Source of the DNA: Promethearchaeota archaeon
Lineage (GTDB): Archaea > Asgardarchaeota > Lokiarchaeia > Sigyniarchaeales > SOKP01
DNA: 64,000 nt
Assembly: GCA_048941285.1 (NCBI GenBank)
Contig: JBHLNS010000005.1
Location: forward strand, 1-64,000
Direction of reading: 5' to 3'
The translations under genes and the position numbers were made by a program. The notes under the pieces are model-generated. The model made no database searches. It worked only from the letters and a program-made list of their open reading frames with translations, and was not told where the DNA came from. This document shows positions 39,193 to 49,023 of this stretch, piece by piece (the first letter of the stretch is position 1; each line of letters begins with the position of its first letter).

Positions 39193-40299
39193 CTAATCAA
39201 GATATATCTCTTTATTTTGTTCTACAGATTTTATTGCTCCTAAATTAAATTTTAATATATATCTTGCTTGTTCACCAGACAATAATGGTTTTTTATTATT
39301 TCTTATCGCATCAATAAAATAATTTGTTGAATTTATAAAACTGAATTTCCAATCTTTTTCAAAATCCCTATAAGTTTCTACTTTACCATCTCTGATAATG
39401 ACAATAGGAGGAAAAATATCAGAACTTGAGATCTTATTTCCTATCGATGTACCTTGATTTATTTTCATTAGCCCACGACTAGCAATGATTTCAATGAATT
39501 CATCTACGGGATAATACTTTGATTCTGAAAAGTCCATCTCTGGCATTAATGAGAATTCCATATTCCCATATTGTGGAACGATATGTTCTTCACTTTGCTT
39601 GTATTTAAACATTACATAAGCGGGGGCATCTAAGCCTTGATAATTATCTGTCCATGCAAAGACTTTTTCAATTTCTTCATTAAAAAACCAATATGCCAGG
39701 GAAAAAGCATGCCATCCATTATCAAATAGAATTGGTGACCCTTCTTGTGCTCCCCCAAGTTTCTTTGGATCTTTTCTCCATAATTCGGCAGTTTCTGAGA
39801 TTTCCCAACCCCCTCTAGTCCCTATTGCAGTCTTAATTCGAATTGATGAGGGATCACCAATATAATCGTTATCTAGCAATTTTTTAGCTCTCATAATATG
39901 TGGTGCGAATATAAAATTTTCATAAATTGATAATACTGACCCTGATTTTTCACATGCAGTAATCATATTATCTGCTTCTACTAAATTTAATGCCATTGGT
40001 TTTTGAACTGAAATTCCTTTAACACCTTTCTTAGCAGCATAAATAGTTGCATCTGCATGAAGGTGGTGGGGTAAAAGTATTTCTATAAGATCCAAATCCT
40101 CTTTATCTAACATTTCCTTATAATCAGAATAAATCGGAATATTTTCTTTTAAATTAAAATTCTTAACTTTTTGCTGAGCTTTTTCAATAGTCCTATTACA
40201 TAAACAAGTAATTTCCACATCTTCTCTATTTAAATACCCTAATATATTAAGGTCAAAGATAACACCTGTTCCTATAAACCCTGCTTTTAATTTTTCCAT
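39193..40299 (-). CDS. Gfo/Idh/MocA family oxidoreductase (paralog of the convergent neighbour)
   Basis: GTGVI, PHHLH, QKPMA and DNGWH motifs. Shares DEFIEI and SFINST with 37922..39187. Confidence 0.88.
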   Translation of the reverse strand: MEKLKAGFIGTGVIFDLNILGYLNREDVEITCLCNRTIEKAQQKVKNFNLKENIPIYSDYKEMLDKEDLDLIEILLPHHLHADATIYAAKKGVKGISVQKPMALNLVEADNMITACEKSGSVLSIYENFIFAPHIMRAKKLLDNDYIGDPSSIRIKTAIGTRGGWEISETAELWRKDPKKLGGAQEGSPILFDNGWHAFSLAYWFFNEEIEKVFAWTDNYQGLDAPAYVMFKYKQSEEHIVPQYGNMEFSLMPEMDFSESKYYPVDEFIEIIASRGLMKINQGTSIGNKISSSDIFPPIVIIRDGKVETYRDFEKDWKFSFINSTNYFIDAIRNNKKPLLSGEQARYILKFNLGAIKSVEQNKEIYLD

Positions 40300-40351
40300 A
40301 TTTAATCAGTATAATATTATCTTTTCTTGGACTCTAAATTATTAAATAGAC

Positions 40352-41275
40352 TCATGAAATAAAATAGAAAATTAAAGATATCATGCCTAAAATAAAAATT
40401 ACAAGTCCTACTCCCCTTCCCATTGTTTTAGCAGATAATTTCTGTACATATATTGATACTATTATTCCTGTTATAATTGATCCTATTGCTAAGTAAATAG
40501 AAATTTCTAAATCAAAAAAAAATTGACCTTTTATCATAATTCCTAGTATTTGATAAATTATGAATGTACCTAGGCACATTATAATGCTTAAAATTAGAGC
40601 TGTTCCAACACCTTTTTTAATTGGATATCCATAAATTATAACCAAAGCAAGTACAATTATAAATCCCGAATTTGCTCCAAATAAACCAGAATTAATGCCA
40701 ATAATAATTCCAAAAATAAGTGTTAAAATATAGAAAAGTTGTGATCCAATAGGTATAATTCCTTTGATATCTTCCGCGGTAGTGAGATGTTCTTCATTAA
40801 ATTTTAGTAATTCTTCGCTATAGGTTTCCAGATTAGGATTTTTTTTTATATATTTGTGAGATAATTTATACGCAGTTTTTTTTAATGATTCTTTAGTAGG
40901 AAATCCACGATAAAGGAAAATGATACCCAAGATTGTTATAAAAAGAGGAATAAACCATCCATAAATATTTCCTATTGGGGTAGTTAATAATATAAAAACA
41001 CCTATAAGTGAAATTAACATTGCTATAAATATAATTATTAATGTATCTTTCCTAACCTTAAACTGCCCTTTTCTTATATATCCAATACTAACAACAGCAG
41101 AAGTTATCAAGTCATTTAATAAATTTACGGCAATTGCCAGAAAAGCATCCATGGTCAACAGAAGCACGATAGGAAGAACAACACCTTGACCTGTTTGACC
41201 CACAAAACTAATACTTATTCCTACAAGTGCCCCTATTAATAATAAAATGATGATTTGAAAACTTTCTAAACTCAA
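40352..41275 (-). CDS. TauE/SafE (TSUP) family transporter
   Basis: Two Gly-rich repeats (G...G..G..., SGLFGANSG...P.KK.VGT), about 8 transmembrane segments. Confidence 0.7.
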   Translation of the reverse strand: MSLESFQIIILLLIGALVGISISFVGQTGQGVVLPIVLLLTMDAFLAIAVNLLNDLITSAVVSIGYIRKGQFKVRKDTLIIIFIAMLISLIGVFILLTTPIGNIYGWFIPLFITILGIIFLYRGFPTKESLKKTAYKLSHKYIKKNPNLETYSEELLKFNEEHLTTAEDIKGIIPIGSQLFYILTLIFGIIIGINSGLFGANSGFIIVLALVIIYGYPIKKGVGTALILSIIMCLGTFIIYQILGIMIKGQFFFDLEISIYLAIGSIITGIIVSIYVQKLSAKTMGRGVGLVIFILGMISLIFYFIS

Positions 41276-41423
41276 TGAGATTCATTCTCCTAACTTTTTT
41301 ACAGATAATAAAATATTTGTTAGGTGAGCATAAATAGTTAATATTTTTGTCTTAGAGATATATTTATATTTTTTAAGAACAAATCTCATTTAAAAGTTAA
41401 ACATTAAATAGAGAACAACAATA

Positions 41424-42698
41424 ATGGATTTAGAAATTTCAAAAGAACACGCGGATTATATGTATAATTTAGTAGAGAGAATAATTGAGGAAGTTGGCCC
41501 CCGTATACCTTGTAGCTCGCAAGAAGCTGAGGGATCAAAAGCCATAAAAGTCGAGTTTGAGCGAACATGTGATGAAGTATTGGTAGAGTTCTTTTCATGC
41601 CATCCAAAAGCATTTCTTGGATGGATTAAAATAATTATAATCATGACTGTTGTTTCGATGTTGTTTTACTTATTTATGCAGTGGATATCAAATTCTTTAA
41701 TAATAACATTTAGTTTAATCTCTTTTATTTTAACATCACTTTCCTTTTTAATAATTTGGGAGGAATTTTTCAATTATAATGAGTTTATTGACCCGTTATT
41801 CCGTAAAAAAAAATCCCAGAATGTCATTGGAAAGTTTAAAACTAAAGGTGATCTTAAAAAGATAATAATTTTTTCAAGCCATATTGATTCTGCATTTCAA
41901 TTTAATTTACTTAAATTGATTGGTTGGGGTTTTATTCCACTAGCATTTTTGGGAATATTGATAATATTAACATGGTTAATCATCTCATTTATTAATTTGA
42001 TAATTGTATTGATTGGATTCTTGGCCATTAAGGGAATATTTTTTTGGGCAGCAATTTGGTTATTAATTATTGGTAGTCCTTGCTTTGTAGGACTTTTTTT
42101 TTTTGTACCGATGGGTGATAAAGGAAATGTTGTGCCAGGTGCAGTTGATAACTTAAGTAGCTGTTCTGTTGTAGTAGGTTTAAGTAGATATATAAAAGAT
42201 CATAAAGAAATAATTCCTAATAATACTGAAATTAGGCTAATAAGTTTTGGGTGTGAAGAAAGTGGATTACGTGGATCCCGTCACTATTGTTCTGCTCATT
42301 TAGAAGAGTTAAAAAATTATGATACTGTTGTAGTAAATATGGATGGTTTAGAGACTCCAGATGATTTCCATATTATAGAATATGAACCTACAACTCGGAC
42401 AAGACACTCAGAAGTAGTAATCCAAAAACTACTTAAAGCTGCAGGATTAGCTGGGATTCAAGCAAAAAAGTTTGGTGCAGGAAAAGTAGAAAAAACTGTT
42501 GGTAGATTAAGTGGTGGATCAGATGCTGCTTCATTTTCAAAGGTAAATGTTAAGGCAGGGTTCTTAAATTCAGCGGATTGGAAACATCGTTCAAGCTATT
42601 ATCATCAAGATACTGATACACTAGATAAAATTAAACCGGGAACTCTAGAAAATGCTTTAAAAATATGTATTGTATTTCTATTAAATGAAGCAAAATGA
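41424..42698 (+). CDS. M28 family peptidase with membrane-inserted hairpins
   Basis: GPR, HIDS, GAVDNLS, GCEE.GL.GS, SDA and YYH...D motifs. Confidence 0.85.
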   Translation: MDLEISKEHADYMYNLVERIIEEVGPRIPCSSQEAEGSKAIKVEFERTCDEVLVEFFSCHPKAFLGWIKIIIIMTVVSMLFYLFMQWISNSLIITFSLISFILTSLSFLIIWEEFFNYNEFIDPLFRKKKSQNVIGKFKTKGDLKKIIIFSSHIDSAFQFNLLKLIGWGFIPLAFLGILIILTWLIISFINLIIVLIGFLAIKGIFFWAAIWLLIIGSPCFVGLFFFVPMGDKGNVVPGAVDNLSSCSVVVGLSRYIKDHKEIIPNNTEIRLISFGCEESGLRGSRHYCSAHLEELKNYDTVVVNMDGLETPDDFHIIEYEPTTRTRHSEVVIQKLLKAAGLAGIQAKKFGAGKVEKTVGRLSGGSDAASFSKVNVKAGFLNSADWKHRSSYYHQDTDTLDKIKPGTLENALKICIVFLLNEAK

Positions 42699-43623
42699 AA
42701 ATGTTTTAGAATTTACTATGAATGAAGAAATTTCTCAATTTTTACTAAATTTTTTTGAAACAAGTAAACTAAATCGCCTTCCAGATAAATATGGTGGAGA
42801 TATGATATTTTCTTCTCCTTTAATAGGTGTTGCCAGAGGAGATGACCCAATTTTTGACAGGTTCAAACAAATAATAGGATTAGAACACTTAACTCCAATA
42901 GAATTATGGTTATCAGAGGGATACGATACTTTACCAACTTCAAATCTACGAGTTATTTCAATTGTATTTCCATTTGATGATAAGATTCGAAAGGAGAGCA
43001 AGAATGTAGAAAAATTATTACGTGTAACTCTCCCTGCTGAGAAATATTGTATAGGGCGAAATTATGCAAATGCTTTTAAAGAGGAAGTATGTAGGCGAAT
43101 TATTGAATTTTTTAAATTCAAGGGGTATAGGGCAGTTGCTGCCATGCTAAGCAAGTCATTTAGCCTTATTTATAAAGAAAAAATCTATTCAACGTGGTCA
43201 GAACGTCATATAGCGTTTGCGACAGGTTTGGGAAGTTTTAGCTTACATGAAGGATTAATTACTGAGATTGGGTGTAATATAAGATTAGCTTCTGTTGTAA
43301 CCGATGCTTCATTAGAAATCACTCCAAGAAGAAATGAAAATCCTTATGCAAATTGCCTATATTATTCAAAAGGCACTTGTAGAAAATGCGAAGCGAGATG
43401 CCCTGCCAATGCAATTGATGAAAATGGTCATAATAAAATCAAATGTCAAGAATATGGTAAAAGAATAGAAAGAAAAATGATAAATCGTATTGGTTCATTT
43501 TTGAAACCTCATCAGCGTCGTATTAATTGGAAATTAAGACCCCCTAGTTTTCCAGTGGGATGTGCTTTTTGTCAATTTGAAGTACCATGTATGGATAAAA
43601 ATCCAATGGCTGTAAAAAGCTAA
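42685..43623 (+). CDS. QueG/reductive dehalogenase-like cobalamin-binding 4Fe-4S protein
   Basis: WSERHIAFATGLG, G..IRL.SV.T, C.....C..C...CP and C..CQ..VPC motifs. Confidence 0.8.
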   Translation: MKQNENVLEFTMNEEISQFLLNFFETSKLNRLPDKYGGDMIFSSPLIGVARGDDPIFDRFKQIIGLEHLTPIELWLSEGYDTLPTSNLRVISIVFPFDDKIRKESKNVEKLLRVTLPAEKYCIGRNYANAFKEEVCRRIIEFFKFKGYRAVAAMLSKSFSLIYKEKIYSTWSERHIAFATGLGSFSLHEGLITEIGCNIRLASVVTDASLEITPRRNENPYANCLYYSKGTCRKCEARCPANAIDENGHNKIKCQEYGKRIERKMINRIGSFLKPHQRRINWKLRPPSFPVGCAFCQFEVPCMDKNPMAVKS

Positions 43624-43643
43624 AAAAAAAAAAAATTTTGGAA

Positions 43644-44465
43644 TTAAGAATCTCCAAGGAAGTCGTCCATCACTTTAATATATTCATCTTTAGCCTCAAA
43701 ATTTACCATATGACCTATTTTCGGTGAGAATATTACTAACTTAGAATCAGGGATTAATTGATGCATTCTTTTTGATTCTTCAGGAAGGATAAAAATATCT
43801 TTATCACCTGTGAGGATTAGAGTTGGAACATAAATACTGTCGATTTTATCTTCAATATTATAATTATTAACTATAGAATTCATTGTCTTTATACCGACAA
43901 ATTCTTCATTTTCAAGGGTCTTTTCCACAAATTCCTTAATTAATAATGGATTTTTTCTTTGATACTTTCGATTGAAACATAGATTAATGAATATTGTTTC
44001 AATTACCTCACGATCCTTTATCCTCATTTTTCCTGCTCTTAGATCTTCAATGTACTGAACTAAGCCGGGATTTTTAAGTTTTGGTGCTGTAGCCATCAAT
44101 ATTAACTTTTCTAATCTGTTTGATAAACTGGGTGTAGTAGCATAAATTAAAGCAATCATTCCTCCCATACTATGTCCATGTAATATAATTTTTTCATCTC
44201 CTATTATTTTAGAAAGACTTTTTTCAAGATAATTAGCTAAATCTTTTAATTCATAATTTTCAGATTCAGGTTTATCACTTTTGCCATGGCCAAGATGATC
44301 GATTGCGATAACACGATAATTTTTGGAGAAATAATTTATAAGTTCTTCATATATCCATGAACTTCCTAAAAATCCATGTATATAAACAAGAATTTTTCCT
44401 TTTCCTTTATCTATATAATGAATTTTATATCCATTATCAAGTTCTATATAGGGCATAATAATCAT
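43644..44465 (-). CDS. Alpha/beta hydrolase
   Basis: HGF, D..GHG.S, GHSMGG, G..D and GH motifs. Confidence 0.9.
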   Translation of the reverse strand: MIIMPYIELDNGYKIHYIDKGKGKILVYIHGFLGSSWIYEELINYFSKNYRVIAIDHLGHGKSDKPESENYELKDLANYLEKSLSKIIGDEKIILHGHSMGGMIALIYATTPSLSNRLEKLILMATAPKLKNPGLVQYIEDLRAGKMRIKDREVIETIFINLCFNRKYQRKNPLLIKEFVEKTLENEEFVGIKTMNSIVNNYNIEDKIDSIYVPTLILTGDKDIFILPEESKRMHQLIPDSKLVIFSPKIGHMVNFEAKDEYIKVMDDFLGDS

Positions 44466-44630
44466 TTCTGCATATTAGATAAATTCCTTTAATTTTGAAA
44501 TTCAATTATTTGGAACATTATCAAAAGATTGAATATAGTTCAATTATAAACTTTATAAAGATTTAATTAGTTCTTTGGGAATTGATTTATTATAGGAAAT
44601 TTCATTAATTAACTAAATTTATGCAACTCA

Positions 44631-46298
44631 ATGTCAACACACAGAAATGAATTAGATCCCAGAAAAGCATATGAAAGAGCCCTATTTCATGGTTGCGGTT
44701 ATTCTTACGAAGATTTACAGAAACCAAAGATAGCAATTGTTAATTCTTGGAATGAAATTAATCCAGGGCATATACATTTACGTAAATTAGCTGAATTTGC
44801 TAAAGAAGGTGTGATAGAAACTGGTGGTATCCCAATGGAATTTAATACGATTGCTTTATGTGATGGAATCGCTAATTCTGGAAATTATTCAAATTATGTA
44901 TTACCTTCGAGAGAAATAATTGCTGCATCAATAGAATCTTCAATTAAAGCATATGAATTTAAGGGGATGATAATGTTATGTTCCTGTGACAAAATTATAC
45001 CAGGAATGCTATTAGCAGCTGCAAGATGTAATATTCCAACAATTTTTTTAACAGGGGGTATTATGCGTCCTAAAACGTTTCAAGAGGGTTCATTAAAAGG
45101 AAAGACTTATGTTACTTCTGATATAAAAGAATCGATTGGAAAATTTAATGCAGGATTAATTACAAAAGAAGAATTGTATCTTATTGAATCAGAAACTTGT
45201 TGTTCTCCCGGAGCGTGTAATATGATGGGAACTGCAAATACAATGGCCTGTATTGTAGAAGCCATGGGACTTTCTTTGCCAAATTGTGCCACATTAAGCG
45301 CGGTAGCTAAGGAACGAGAAATAATTTGCAAAGAATCTGGAAAAATTATAATGAATTTAATTGAAAAGGATGTAAAAGCTTTAGATTTAATCACACACGA
45401 TTCAATAGAAAATGCTATTAAAGTTGCACTTTCTTTTGGTGGGTCAACTAATATGATACTTCATCTATGTGCATTATCGCATGAAATAGGTGGTAATTTA
45501 ACTCATTTTGATTTTGATAGAATTAGTAAGTCTGTACCATTATTAGCCAAATTCAAACCTAGTTCGGAGTATAATATCACAGAATTTCACGAAGCTGGTG
45601 GTGTTAAGGTTCTAATGAAAAAATTATTAAAATTGCTGAACTTATCTACTAAAACAGTCTTGGGTTTAACTCTTAAGGAATATCTTAAGGATATTGAATA
45701 TAATGATTACCAGATTATAAGGGAAATAAAAGATCCGATCTCAAATGAAGGATGTATTGCTGTTTTAAAAGGAAATTTGGCACCTGAGGGGGCTGTAGTT
45801 AAGCAGAGTGCTGTTAATCCAAAAATGAGATATCATAAAGGCCCCGCTAAAGTATTTGAATGCGAAGAAGATGTAGCTGGTGCTTTATTATCAAAAAAGA
45901 TTGAAGAAGGAGATGTTTTAGTTATAAGATACGAAGGTCCGAAAGGATCTCCAGGTATGAGAGAGTTATCAATTCCTGTAGCTATTTTAGTTGGTATGGG
46001 TTTAGGAGATTCAGTGGCAATGATAACTGATGGAAGATATTCTGGAGCTACAAGAGGTACTTGCATTGGTCATGTCTGTCCTGAAGCTATAGATGGAGGA
46101 CCTATAGCAATCATTCAAGATGGAGATTTAATCGAAATTGATATTAATAATCGACAATTAAACGTATTAATCTCTAATATTGAAATAGAAAGAAGATTAA
46201 AAGAATGGAAAAAACCTGAAGGAAAGATTGGGAAAGGTTTTTTAAATGCTTATAGGAAATTAGTAAGCTCTGCGAAATATGGAGCGTATTTACAATAA
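44631..46298 (+). CDS. ilvD: Dihydroxy-acid dehydratase (IlvD/Edd family)
   Basis: PGH.HL, CDGIA, CDKIIPG, GAC..MGTANTM, GGSTN, YEGP.G.PGM, TDGRYSG and GH..PE motifs. Confidence 0.9.
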   Translation: MSTHRNELDPRKAYERALFHGCGYSYEDLQKPKIAIVNSWNEINPGHIHLRKLAEFAKEGVIETGGIPMEFNTIALCDGIANSGNYSNYVLPSREIIAASIESSIKAYEFKGMIMLCSCDKIIPGMLLAAARCNIPTIFLTGGIMRPKTFQEGSLKGKTYVTSDIKESIGKFNAGLITKEELYLIESETCCSPGACNMMGTANTMACIVEAMGLSLPNCATLSAVAKEREIICKESGKIIMNLIEKDVKALDLITHDSIENAIKVALSFGGSTNMILHLCALSHEIGGNLTHFDFDRISKSVPLLAKFKPSSEYNITEFHEAGGVKVLMKKLLKLLNLSTKTVLGLTLKEYLKDIEYNDYQIIREIKDPISNEGCIAVLKGNLAPEGAVVKQSAVNPKMRYHKGPAKVFECEEDVAGALLSKKIEEGDVLVIRYEGPKGSPGMRELSIPVAILVGMGLGDSVAMITDGRYSGATRGTCIGHVCPEAIDGGPIAIIQDGDLIEIDINNRQLNVLISNIEIERRLKEWKKPEGKIGKGFLNAYRKLVSSAKYGAYLQ

Positions 46299-46309
46299 AT
46301 TTTTAAATT

Positions 46310-47482
46310 ATGATTGATAAACATCGAATATTGGAAAATTTAAATGAACTTTCTTTTCCAAGATTATCTGGAACCAAATTTGAGAAGAAGATATTCCTTA
46401 TTGTAAAGAAAAAAATAGAAGACCTAGATCTTCAACCAAGTTTTCAAGAATTCTCTTTTAGTACTTTTTTTTCAAGAATTTATCCAAAATTAGCTTTATC
46501 CTTATTAAGTTGGCTGCTTTTCATGCTATTTTTAAATTTAAATGTTATTTTTAACTTAGCAAACTTAAGTTTGATCTTGATGTTTATTTTAATATTGATC
46601 AAACTTACAAGGAATCCAGAGAAAATAAAAATAGGACACATATATCACTCTCAGAATTTATTTATAAAATTATCATCAAATAATAATACGAAGACCTCTG
46701 AAAACAATATTTTACTCTTTTCACACTTAGATTCAAAAGGACAAACATTCTCAATTAAATTCCGTATCCGAATTTATTACCTGTGGGTAAGCACTTTTCC
46801 TTTAGGGCTTTCAATTGCAATCTTGAATTTAATTTTATTACCCAATAATTACTTATTATTACAAATTTTGGGAAATTTGATTATATATTTGAATATTATA
46901 GCTACAATTATGCTTTGGACAAATAGAACTAATAATAAATCAAAGGGAGCAATAGATAATGCTTCTGGAATATGTTGCCTTTTAGAATTGCTAAACTATT
47001 TTTCTGATCAAAATAACATGCCAAAGAATTATAATTTGTGGTTTGTATTTACTGGTGCTGAAGAATCTGGTACTATGGGCGTAAGAAATTTCTATCAATA
47101 TATAAGAGATTTTGACAGAAACACAACGTTTATATCTAATTTCGATTCATTTGCTAATAAAATAAATTTATGGGATCATGGTCTTCTTAATAATAAAAAT
47201 TATAAAGCTCTCAATTATATCTTAGAAAATGAAGATATAATGATTTTGGAGAATAAAACTCATCGATTTTATATTGGTTTATATAGTGATGGATTATTTC
47301 TTTACAATAAAAACTTCAAAGGACTAGGTACTGGCGATAGAAGCGTTCATAGTTATGTACATTCTATTCATGATGATGTAGATAAAATAGATATTAAAAT
47401 TCTGAAAAAATTGTGTGAGTTTTATACGATTTTATTAACTGAAGTTGATAGTAATATAAAAAATGCTGAGAGTGTGGATTAA
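46310..47482 (+). CDS. M28 family peptidase with membrane-inserted hairpins
   Basis: FPRL.GT, HLDSK.Q, GAIDNASG, GAEE.G..G, SD and H...D motifs. Confidence 0.82.
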   Translation: MIDKHRILENLNELSFPRLSGTKFEKKIFLIVKKKIEDLDLQPSFQEFSFSTFFSRIYPKLALSLLSWLLFMLFLNLNVIFNLANLSLILMFILILIKLTRNPEKIKIGHIYHSQNLFIKLSSNNNTKTSENNILLFSHLDSKGQTFSIKFRIRIYYLWVSTFPLGLSIAILNLILLPNNYLLLQILGNLIIYLNIIATIMLWTNRTNNKSKGAIDNASGICCLLELLNYFSDQNNMPKNYNLWFVFTGAEESGTMGVRNFYQYIRDFDRNTTFISNFDSFANKINLWDHGLLNNKNYKALNYILENEDIMILENKTHRFYIGLYSDGLFLYNKNFKGLGTGDRSVHSYVHSIHDDVDKIDIKILKKLCEFYTILLTEVDSNIKNAESVD

Positions 47483-47484
47483 AA

Positions 47485-49023
47485 ATTGAATTCAAGAATA
47501 AGGACTTAGGGGTAGTTCTAACACCTCCAAAAACAGTAGAATATATAATATCAAGATTAGGGGAGATCAAAGAGGGACAAATTATTTTAGATCCATGTGT
47601 TGGGCCAGGTATCTTCATTAAAAAACTACTAGAAACCGGAATTGATAAAAATCAAATTTTTGCTTATGATATAAATCCAAGTTTCTTAAGTGACATTGAA
47701 AAGTTGGGAATCTCAACTAAATTACAGGACACTTTGATATCAATATACCCAGATTCTTATAATAAATTTGATTTTATTGTAGGAAATCCGCCATATCTAA
47801 ATAAAGCTAGTGCTTATGTTCGAAAAAACAAAATAAAATTAAGAAAAATCTATGGTAGGATAAATGCTCATGAAACATATGCTATGTTTATTATAAATAG
47901 CATTTGGAGATTAAAGGAAGGAGGAAAATTAGGTTTTATAACAAGCGATTCCTTCTTAACGTTAAGTACTCATAAAAAGCTAAGGAAATTTATCCTTAAT
48001 AATTGTAAAATAAATGAAATTCTATTCGCGCCCAAAAATTTGTTTTCTAATCAAAATGTAAGTACAAGTCCAGTCATTATTATTTTAACGAAATGCCCAG
48101 GACAGAAAAATGTAAAGATGAGAGAAAATACTATAATGAGAATAATTCCTAGAATAGAAAGTGAAGATGATTATAATTCTCCTAAGATTATTAATAAAAT
48201 AATTCAAAAAAAATATAATTCTTTACCTTATAACATATTTTATATTGATGTTGAGGAAGAAGTCATTAATTTATTCGAAGAAGGGGTTAAATTGGAAAAA
48301 TTCTTGAAGGGTTTTATAGGAATGCATACCCATAATAACAGAAAATATGTAGCTGCTATTGAAGGTACCGAACTTGCCGAAATTTTTAAAAAAAGAAATA
48401 CAAAAGTTAGTGATTCAAACAAAAAACACAAGATAATTAAAGAAGAAAATTTAAAATCAGGTAATTGGTGCCCCTATTTAAAACGTGGTGGTGCGGATCA
48501 ATATTATCGCCCCATTATGGAAGCGTTAGATTGGAATAAAGAATCAATATCTAATTATGATATTCCGAAAAATGTCCCATTTAAGGAAGAAGGGATAGTT
48601 ATAAGTGGTGTTAGTTCAAATTTGGCAGCACGCTATATGCCAAGAGGGTGTTATTGGGATTCAAACAAAGCAATTGGTTTTATAACTAAAAATGATTCAA
48701 TCTCAATTCTCTACATGTTAGGCCTATTAAATAGTTCTTTATATAACTACCTCGCTAAAGGAATTATTAATAATACTAATAGTATTCAGATTACTGGAAT
48801 TCATGCTTTGCCTTTTATTGAGCCAGAAAAAGAAATTAAAGAAGAAATAGAAAACTTAGTTTTTTCAATTATTAAAAATAAAAAGAAAAATTTAGAGTAT
48901 AATTATATTAAAGAACAAAAAATGATTGATGATATAATATTTCGCTATTATGCTGAAAGATTTAAACTATCTAGTGATTTAAAGAAAAAATTAAATAATA
49001 AATATTCAATTTATCGAAATTAA
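47485..49023 (+). CDS. Orphan N6-adenine DNA methyltransferase (TaqI/Eco57I-like gamma class)
   Basis: The frame extends upstream of TTG 47704 to include LG...TP and motif I LDPCVGPGIF. Also GNPPY, LKEGG.LGFIT and LLNSSL. No ATG/GTG/TTG precedes motif I, so the start is likely ATT 47485. Confidence 0.85.
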   Translation: MEFKNKDLGVVLTPPKTVEYIISRLGEIKEGQIILDPCVGPGIFIKKLLETGIDKNQIFAYDINPSFLSDIEKLGISTKLQDTLISIYPDSYNKFDFIVGNPPYLNKASAYVRKNKIKLRKIYGRINAHETYAMFIINSIWRLKEGGKLGFITSDSFLTLSTHKKLRKFILNNCKINEILFAPKNLFSNQNVSTSPVIIILTKCPGQKNVKMRENTIMRIIPRIESEDDYNSPKIINKIIQKKYNSLPYNIFYIDVEEEVINLFEEGVKLEKFLKGFIGMHTHNNRKYVAAIEGTELAEIFKKRNTKVSDSNKKHKIIKEENLKSGNWCPYLKRGGADQYYRPIMEALDWNKESISNYDIPKNVPFKEEGIVISGVSSNLAARYMPRGCYWDSNKAIGFITKNDSISILYMLGLLNSSLYNYLAKGIINNTNSIQITGIHALPFIEPEKEIKEEIENLVFSIIKNKKKNLEYNYIKEQKMIDDIIFRYYAERFKLSSDLKKKLNNKYSIYRN

